From a bacterium (lineage in GTDB: Bacteria > Omnitrophota > Gorgyraeia > Zapsychrales > Zapsychraceae), in NCBI GenBank assembly GCA_030429765.1, contig JAUIER010000006.1, positions 23,925 to 87,924 of the forward strand: DNA of 64,000 nucleotides, in the 5' to 3' direction. This document shows positions 57,846 to 64,000 of this stretch, piece after piece. The position numbers and the translations under genes were made by a program. Position 1 is the first letter of the stretch, and every line of letters starts with the position of its first letter. Below the pieces are notes generated by a model. That model did no database searches and was not told the DNA's origin. It worked only from the letters and a program-made list of their open reading frames with translations.

Positions 57846-58448
57846 TTAGACAGCTTTCTTAAGTATGCCTGCCACCTGTTCGTTTAAGAAGGTTGTCATG
57901 TACTGCGCTAAACTTTCGTCTGTAAAATCGAAACTCGATTTTCCACCGTCATAACTGATCGCGAAACCGCCGGTCACATCATCTGATGACTGAAATTCGA
58001 TACCGTGTTTGACCTGTTTCTGCAGCTTGTCGATAAATCCGTCAGCGAGTTTCTTGTGGTCCTTTTTGTTCAACTCGATCTGAACGCCATCTTTTCCGCC
58101 TGAAGAATCCTTGACCAGTTGTCCGATAATCTCGGCGAGCTGATCGCTGTTTAGCGACGCGGAAACGTCGTGCGAGACCAACCGCGACAGCATGCCCTGA
58201 ATCTCTTTGCGCAGCGACAATAAGGTATCTCGCGACGCCTGTTCCAGTGACTTCTTAGCCGATTCCTGCAGCTTCTCGGCGTCGATCTGTGCTTGATTGA
58301 CAATGGCTTGTGCCCGGTCTTCGGCCGTCTTGATAATCTGCTCGGCATTGGCGCGGGCCTTGTCTTCGATCTGCTTGGCCTGCGCTTCGGCGCTGTCGAT
58401 TCCGTCGCTTTTGATTTTGCTGATCAATTCTTCGATTTGTGAGGACAT
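57846..58448 (-). CDS. atpE: V/A-type ATP synthase subunit E
   Basis: Long N-terminal helix rich in A, E, K and Q (AEAQAKQIEDKARANAEQIIKTAEDRAQAIV) and a C-terminal globular part. Start at MSSQIEEL with an RBS. Confidence 0.65.
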   Translation of the reverse strand: MSSQIEELISKIKSDGIDSAEAQAKQIEDKARANAEQIIKTAEDRAQAIVNQAQIDAEKLQESAKKSLEQASRDTLLSLRKEIQGMLSRLVSHDVSASLNSDQLAEIIGQLVKDSSGGKDGVQIELNKKDHKKLADGFIDKLQKQVKHGIEFQSSDDVTGGFAISYDGGKSSFDFTDESLAQYMTTFLNEQVAGILKKAV

Positions 58449-58476
58449 GAATAACTCCTGTATATGGTCAATAATT

Positions 58477-59235
58477 CTATTGCGCTTGCTGAGCCTGTTC
58501 GATTTGCTGTAAAATTTGCTGTGCGGCCTGAGCCGGATGCTCGGCTTTGACGATCGGACGTCCGACAACCAGAAAATCACTGCCGGCGCGAACCGCATCA
58601 AACGGTGTGGCCACACGTTTTTGATCACCGACATCCGCCCCCTGAGGACGAATTCCCGGCGTTACAATAACAAAATCGTCGCCGAACTCCGACCGGATCA
58701 TCGCGGCTTCTTGACTGGATGCAACCACTCCATCCAGCCCGGATTTCTTGGCTAACGACGCTCTCTGTAAAACAAGATCCCGTATGTTATCTGTTTTGGC
58801 ATCACTTGTCAAGACTGTAATCCCGACTAATAAAGTTTTCGTAACTCCAATTGTTTGAGCCTGTTTGACCGCTGCTCGAGCCGCGTATTCCATCATTTCC
58901 TGACCGCCCAGCGTGTGCAGGGTACACAGCAAAAGCCCTTTATTGGCCTCCAGCGGCTGCTGATTGTCATCGAGCACATCATGCATCTTAGACCCGAGAT
59001 TGATAGCTGATGTGACCGCATTGGCCACGGTATTGGGAATGTCATGAAATTTCAGGTCCAGAAAGACCTCTTTCTGCTGCGCCAGAATGTAGCGAACCAC
59101 CACCGGACCGCAGGCCGTAAACAGCTGACTTCCCACTTTAAATATATCGACATCGTTTTTGAGTTGATCGATCAGCCCGCGGGCCTGTTCAAACGTATCT
59201 ACATCCAGCGCGACGATCAGTTTGGATTTTTTCAT
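58477..59235 (-). CDS. pyrF: orotidine 5'-phosphate decarboxylase
   Basis: KLIVALDV...DLKFHDIPNTV...PGIRP motifs. Confidence 0.85.
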   Translation of the reverse strand: MKKSKLIVALDVDTFEQARGLIDQLKNDVDIFKVGSQLFTACGPVVVRYILAQQKEVFLDLKFHDIPNTVANAVTSAINLGSKMHDVLDDNQQPLEANKGLLLCTLHTLGGQEMMEYAARAAVKQAQTIGVTKTLLVGITVLTSDAKTDNIRDLVLQRASLAKKSGLDGVVASSQEAAMIRSEFGDDFVIVTPGIRPQGADVGDQKRVATPFDAVRAGSDFLVVGRPIVKAEHPAQAAQQILQQIEQAQQAQ

Positions 59236-59253
59236 AGTTTCATTCACCATTGC

Positions 59254-60168
59254 TTAGCGCTTTACCTTCCCTCTTAGACTCTTGATGGTTTTGATCTTGT
59301 GACGTTTCATATAATCCTCGATCCCGTGAAGTACATCAAGCGGCGCGCGCGGGTTCACAAAGTTCATCGTTCCCACCGCCACCATGGTCGCCCCGGCGAG
59401 GATAAACTGCAGCGCGTCCTGTGCCGTCGCGATCCCGCCCATGGCAATGATCGGGATCCTGACCTTCTGGGCGGTTTGATAGACAAGATTGACTGCCAGC
59501 GGCCGGATCGCCGGACCGCTAAGCCCCCCCGTAAAATTACCTAGGACCGATTTCTGTTTCTCGACATCAATCACCATGCCGGTAAATGTATTGATCAGAC
59601 TCAAACCGTCGGCCCCCGCGTCCTCGGCCGCCCGGGCGATCACCGTGATATCGGTCACATTCGGCGCCAGCTTGGCAATCACCGGGACATCCGCGATTTT
59701 TTTGACCATTTTGACAATTCGATAGGTGGCCTTGGGATCCTGAGCGACAAGACTTTTATGCCCGACGTTCGGACACGACAGATTAAGTTCCAACGCCGCA
59801 AAACCCCCGGCATCGGTAAATTTTCGGGCAATCGTCTGAAACTCTTTATCCGAGTGGCCCAACACACTGATAATCAGCGGGACACCAATCTTCTGAAAGC
59901 CGGGTAACTTTTGTTCAATGAATCCATCCGCCCCCGGATTCTCAATTCCGATCGCGTTAAGCATCCCCGACGGTGTTTCCACAATCCGGACCGGCGGATT
60001 TCCTTCCTGCGCCGGCAGTGTCACGGTCTTGGGTGTGATCGCGCCGAGCTTCTTGACCTCCTCGAGATCATAATATTTCTCGGCGTGACCAAATGTCCCG
60101 GAGGCCACGGTCACCGGATTCTTGAATTTGGCCTTGCCGATCTTGACTGATAAGTTTATTTCGCTCAA
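59254..60168 (-). CDS. pyrD: dihydroorotate dehydrogenase catalytic subunit (class 1B)
   Basis: NPVTVASGTFG, NAIGIENPG and LNLSCPNV motifs. Confidence 0.9.
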   Translation of the reverse strand: MSEINLSVKIGKAKFKNPVTVASGTFGHAEKYYDLEEVKKLGAITPKTVTLPAQEGNPPVRIVETPSGMLNAIGIENPGADGFIEQKLPGFQKIGVPLIISVLGHSDKEFQTIARKFTDAGGFAALELNLSCPNVGHKSLVAQDPKATYRIVKMVKKIADVPVIAKLAPNVTDITVIARAAEDAGADGLSLINTFTGMVIDVEKQKSVLGNFTGGLSGPAIRPLAVNLVYQTAQKVRIPIIAMGGIATAQDALQFILAGATMVAVGTMNFVNPRAPLDVLHGIEDYMKRHKIKTIKSLRGKVKR

Positions 60169-60177
60169 TTGTTGAAC

Positions 60178-60537
60178 CTATTTGAAAAATACAATTTTAA
60201 TTCCGATGAGAATCAACGCGACCCCAAAAATCTTTTTTAAAACCGCCGCCGGCAAGTGCTGCACCAGATGCGCGCCGAGAAACGAGCCGACAATAAATCC
60301 GATAATCATAAACCCGGTGATATCCAACTTCAGGTTACCCGCCGCGTAGTAACGCCAGGCCGCGGCGAAAAATACCGGAACAGTTAACAAACCGACCACC
60401 GTTCCCTGAGCCTGATGCTGTGTCAGTCCCGCCACCATCACCAGCAACGGCACCATGACAGCGCCGCCACCCAATCCCAATCCTCCCCCGACAAAACCGC
60501 CGGCGAATCCAATCAATATGTAGGTCAGGACTGGCAT
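60178..60537 (-). CDS. TauE/SafE-like (DUF81) membrane protein, single 4-TM repeat
   Basis: 119 aa, Gly-rich, 4 TM helices. This is about half the usual TauE length. Confidence 0.55.
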   Translation of the reverse strand: MPVLTYILIGFAGGFVGGGLGLGGGAVMVPLLVMVAGLTQHQAQGTVVGLLTVPVFFAAAWRYYAAGNLKLDITGFMIIGFIVGSFLGAHLVQHLPAAVLKKIFGVALILIGIKIVFFK

Positions 60538-60556
60538 AATTTTTTCCTATCGACGT

Positions 60557-61330
60557 CTAGTCAAAAATAATTTCCTGCAAATCAAACACCGGACCGTCGT
60601 AACAAACCGTCTTGAATCCATTGGTCGTCCGGATCGAACACCCCAAACAGGCACCAAGCGCACAGGCCATGATTTCTTCGCAGGCCGCCTGTCCTTTGAG
60701 TTTGTGCTTCCTGGCAAATTTCTGAACGGCCGCCATCATCGGCGTGGGACCGCAGGTGTAGACCATGGTGGTCTCGGGATCAAGGTTAATCTTGTCAAAC
60801 AGCTCCGACACACGTCCGTGCGTCCCGACGCTGCCGTCATCCGTCGCCACATGAACCTTGCACCCATTCTCCTTGAATTCCTTCATCGGATAAACATGAC
60901 CGCGCGTTCGCCCCCCGTATAGAACAATCATCTCCAATTTGCGCTTCTTTAAAACATCGGATAACACCATAAACGGCGCGATCCCGATGCCTCCTGCAAT
61001 CATCACCACCTGCTTGATATTTTTATCGGGCAAATCAAACGGCGTCCCCACCGGACCCAGCACATCAATGTCGTCTCCCTTTTTCATCTGTGACATGATC
61101 GTTGTTCCCGGACCAACCGCCTCGTAAAAAACCTCAATGTAACGCTTATCGCGATACACACTAAACGGTCGACGGAAAAACGGTTCGTAACCGGAATTGG
61201 TACGGATATGGACAAACTGCCCGGGCTTGATTTTACCTTTCAGCGGCTTGGCATCAATACACAGCCGGTAAAATTTGGGACAGAGTTTTTCGTTGGATGC
61301 AACTTTGAAGATATTTTGAAGCTTGGCCAT
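60557..61330 (-). CDS. pyrK: dihydroorotate dehydrogenase electron-transfer subunit
   Basis: FAD/NAD-binding fold and a C-terminal 2Fe-2S Cys cluster (CACALGACLGC). Confidence 0.85.
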   Translation of the reverse strand: MAKLQNIFKVASNEKLCPKFYRLCIDAKPLKGKIKPGQFVHIRTNSGYEPFFRRPFSVYRDKRYIEVFYEAVGPGTTIMSQMKKGDDIDVLGPVGTPFDLPDKNIKQVVMIAGGIGIAPFMVLSDVLKKRKLEMIVLYGGRTRGHVYPMKEFKENGCKVHVATDDGSVGTHGRVSELFDKINLDPETTMVYTCGPTPMMAAVQKFARKHKLKGQAACEEIMACALGACLGCSIRTTNGFKTVCYDGPVFDLQEIIFD

Positions 61331-61341
61331 AGTGGGAAATA

Positions 61342-62166
61342 TTATTCCTGACAGTGATTACAAAAAAATGTACTGCGTTGCGCCTGCACGATCCGCTGGA
61401 TCGGTTGTTTACACGACGGGCATTGCCGGTCTTTGCGGCCGTAGACCTTGATCCGGCGCATAAAATTACCTTTTTGGCCGGACGAGTCACGGTAATTCCG
61501 CATGGATGTTCCACGACTCTCGACCGCTTCATTCAGAATCTTGACGATCGACCGGTGCAGCCGGCTGATTTGTTTCTGATTGAGCGTGTTGGCCCGCCGC
61601 TGCGGATGGATCCGGCTGGCATATAAAATTTCAGAGGCATATATATTCCCGATACCGGCAATAAAATGCTGGTCCATCAACAGTGTCTTGATCGGCGAAA
61701 CCCGGCGACCGATCCGCTCGAAAAAATCATCAAGAGTAAAATCCGACTCCAGCGGTTCGGGTCCTATTGTAGTCAAATACGGGACCTCGTCAAGCCGGTC
61801 CACATAGTACAGCCAGCCGAAAAGTCTTTGGTCATTATAATTTAAATACTGACCGTTGGAAAGTCGGAAGACAACTTTCGTCTCGCTGGACTCCTGATTT
61901 ACGCGTAATTGGGGCCCATACACAAAATAACCGGTCATTTTGACCTGAACGAACAAAAACCGGCCATTATCCAATTCGATAATAATCCCTTTCCCGCGTC
62001 GCCGCACCGCGCCAAACGTGACGCCCTTCATCCGTCGCGTAAAATGCGCGGCGGTCATATCTTTGAGAACTCGCGCGTCAAAGACACGGACCTGTTCAAC
62101 CGTCAATCCTGGAATTTTCTCCCGCAGGTCCCGGGCCATGGTCTCAACTTCTGGTAATTCCGGCAT
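61342..62166 (-). CDS. mutM: formamidopyrimidine-DNA glycosylase
   Basis: N-terminal PELPEVE and a C-terminal zinc finger (CPSCKQPI...CNHCQ). Confidence 0.9.
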   Translation of the reverse strand: MPELPEVETMARDLREKIPGLTVEQVRVFDARVLKDMTAAHFTRRMKGVTFGAVRRRGKGIIIELDNGRFLFVQVKMTGYFVYGPQLRVNQESSETKVVFRLSNGQYLNYNDQRLFGWLYYVDRLDEVPYLTTIGPEPLESDFTLDDFFERIGRRVSPIKTLLMDQHFIAGIGNIYASEILYASRIHPQRRANTLNQKQISRLHRSIVKILNEAVESRGTSMRNYRDSSGQKGNFMRRIKVYGRKDRQCPSCKQPIQRIVQAQRSTFFCNHCQE

Positions 62167-62173
62167 TGTCTTC

Positions 62174-63955
62174 CTATGGTGTATTGATTAAGTGTTGTAT
62201 CTCGGTCATACCTTTTCCATCGCCGGCCGCTGTATAGAGCTCCAGCGCCTCTTGCAAACTTTTTGCCGATTCATCCATGCGATCAAGCTTCCGATAGGCC
62301 AGCCCCATCTGATGATATGCTTCGGGAAACTTGAGCCGGCCCAAGGTGGAGCGTCTCAAATAATACAGCGCGTCATCATATTCACCCGCATCTATACTCT
62401 GAAGTCCAAGCCGCAAATACTCTTTCTGCACTTCATCCCGATAACGCATCATTTCCGCATAAGCCGCATCCGCTTGACGAGGCTGCCCGGTCTTTTCAAA
62501 GAGGATCATCATGTTTTGGTGAACCTGGGCCAAAAACGCAATATCCTTATATTTCTGACGTTGCTCAAATAGCCCGAGCGTCCGTCGGTAACTCTTGAAC
62601 GCATCGTCATAACGTTCGGCCTTCTGATAGGCCGATCCCAGGGCAAAATGCGCGTATGGCTTAAGCGGTGATTTACGCGTTACATCTTCCCACAATGAAA
62701 TCTCCGTCGCCCATACCCGGTTACGCTGGACCGTCAACACGCTCAACATCGCGATAATCAAGGCCAGCGCGATCCATACCGTTCTGGATAATTTGGGACG
62801 GGCAAAGATCACGCCTGAGATCGCCAGTACAAACCCCGGCATCGACAGGTAAAGTCGATGTTCCCAGATCACATACCGGATGGGAATCACACTTGATTCA
62901 ACGGCCAAGGTGACAAAAAACCAGAACACGCCGATACACACCCAAGGATTGGATCGACGGCATTTCCAGCCCAAGTAAACAACGCCCAGCAGCACACACA
63001 ATGAAATCCACGTCGCTCCGTCGAACAACCCCATTGATAAGGGAAAATCATAGTCCAGGTTTTGGCCCACCGGAATCAGCAGCAAACGGATATAGTGAAC
63101 AATCACATTAAACTGCGTGAACAGGTAAATTTGGCTGGTGATCAATTCATGTGATCCGGCCCGTAACACCCGTGGCGCGAACACCGACGAAAGATCATAG
63201 TCCAGGGCGAGAAACACGGGAATGATCAGGAGAAATAACAAAGGCACATAACGCCCGAGATTACTCCCTTGTCGAACCGATGAAGTTCCGGCGGGGCTCC
63301 GCATTAAATACAACTCCAGAAAGACAATCACAATCGGAAGCGTGAAGACCGTCTCTTTGGTCAGCATCCCCAATAAGGCTGAAACACCGGCCAGCGCAAA
63401 CCACCTACCGTATCGTCCGTCGGAACGCAGCCGTCCGCATAAATAGCTCGCCACCGATAACAGATAAAACATCGCCGCCAACGATGCCAGCCGCTGATAG
63501 ATATATGTGACCGCCTGTGTCTGCACCGGATGAACCACAAACAACAACGCCGCAAACAAAGGCATCCACGCGGCATCCGATCCCGACGCGAGATTCCGCA
63601 GACGGGGAGCACGCCTCATCAAATTAACAATCCAAAAAACCAGACAGGCACTAATCAGATGGATCACAATATTCGTCAGGTGATACCCGACGACATTGGT
63701 CCCATGCAAAAAATAATTCAGCGCAAATGTCGCAAAACCCACGATGCGCGTCTTGTGCCCCACCGACCAGAACTTCTCCTGAGCCTCAGGATTCAACGGA
63801 TCGGTAACGATCGAATTATTGAGAATAAAGGCATGGTCATCGAATTGAAACGCATTCTGCAGGGAATTGGCATAGACCATGCCGCCGATCATACAAATGA
63901 TCAATACTTGAAGAAACGGATGACGCAGGATTACTCCTGAAGCGCTCTTATACAT
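62174..63955 (-). CDS. TMTC/PMT-like polytopic membrane protein with C-terminal TPR repeats
   Basis: About 11 TM helices with an N-terminal DDHAFI-like motif. C-terminal TPR repeats (GSAYQKAERYDDAFKSY...). Confidence 0.55.
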   Translation of the reverse strand: MYKSASGVILRHPFLQVLIICMIGGMVYANSLQNAFQFDDHAFILNNSIVTDPLNPEAQEKFWSVGHKTRIVGFATFALNYFLHGTNVVGYHLTNIVIHLISACLVFWIVNLMRRAPRLRNLASGSDAAWMPLFAALLFVVHPVQTQAVTYIYQRLASLAAMFYLLSVASYLCGRLRSDGRYGRWFALAGVSALLGMLTKETVFTLPIVIVFLELYLMRSPAGTSSVRQGSNLGRYVPLLFLLIIPVFLALDYDLSSVFAPRVLRAGSHELITSQIYLFTQFNVIVHYIRLLLIPVGQNLDYDFPLSMGLFDGATWISLCVLLGVVYLGWKCRRSNPWVCIGVFWFFVTLAVESSVIPIRYVIWEHRLYLSMPGFVLAISGVIFARPKLSRTVWIALALIIAMLSVLTVQRNRVWATEISLWEDVTRKSPLKPYAHFALGSAYQKAERYDDAFKSYRRTLGLFEQRQKYKDIAFLAQVHQNMMILFEKTGQPRQADAAYAEMMRYRDEVQKEYLRLGLQSIDAGEYDDALYYLRRSTLGRLKFPEAYHQMGLAYRKLDRMDESAKSLQEALELYTAAGDGKGMTEIQHLINTP

Positions 63956-64000
63956 TCTTGAATTTTAACCTTGGCCTCTTGAACATCATTGACCTTGATC

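Overview
This window is about 64 kb of bacterial chromosome, roughly 50% GC, with about 70 genes, most of them on the minus strand. There are no rRNA genes and no CRISPR array. Recognisable core genes are a 7-gene V/A-type ATPase operon in the order E, DUF2764-like, A, B, D, I, K (51362-58448), pyrK, pyrD and pyrF, mutM, rarA, corA, an MscS channel, a three-gene RimK module (COG4067 protease, RimK-like ligase, AstE/AspA-family deacylase), PPK2, pirin, a fasciclin-domain protein and a SpeH-like AdoMet decarboxylase. Between them lie low-GC accessory islets. The largest (about 23.0-37.1 kb) looks like a defense island ending at tRNA-Asp(GUC). It holds a stand-alone SIR2-like gene, a WYL regulator, a BrnT/BrnA toxin-antitoxin pair and a type I restriction-modification operon (hsdM-hsdS-hsdR) with a tightly coupled fourth gene of unknown function, possibly UPF0489-like. 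Next to the tRNA sit a GIY-YIG nuclease gene and a tandem duplication of its leader and N-terminus. An IS30-family element with about 36-bp inverted repeats is inserted 20 bp upstream of rarA. Other notable content includes three families of short repeats, a four-HTH regulator with four GTTAAC palindromes upstream that overlaps a 1505-aa LamG surface protein, two paralogous split-SGNH/TPR proteins, a frameshifted small lipoprotein gene and a long structured leader ahead of an acidic secreted protein. No database searches could be run, so every call rests on motif recognition and gene order read directly from the sequence.
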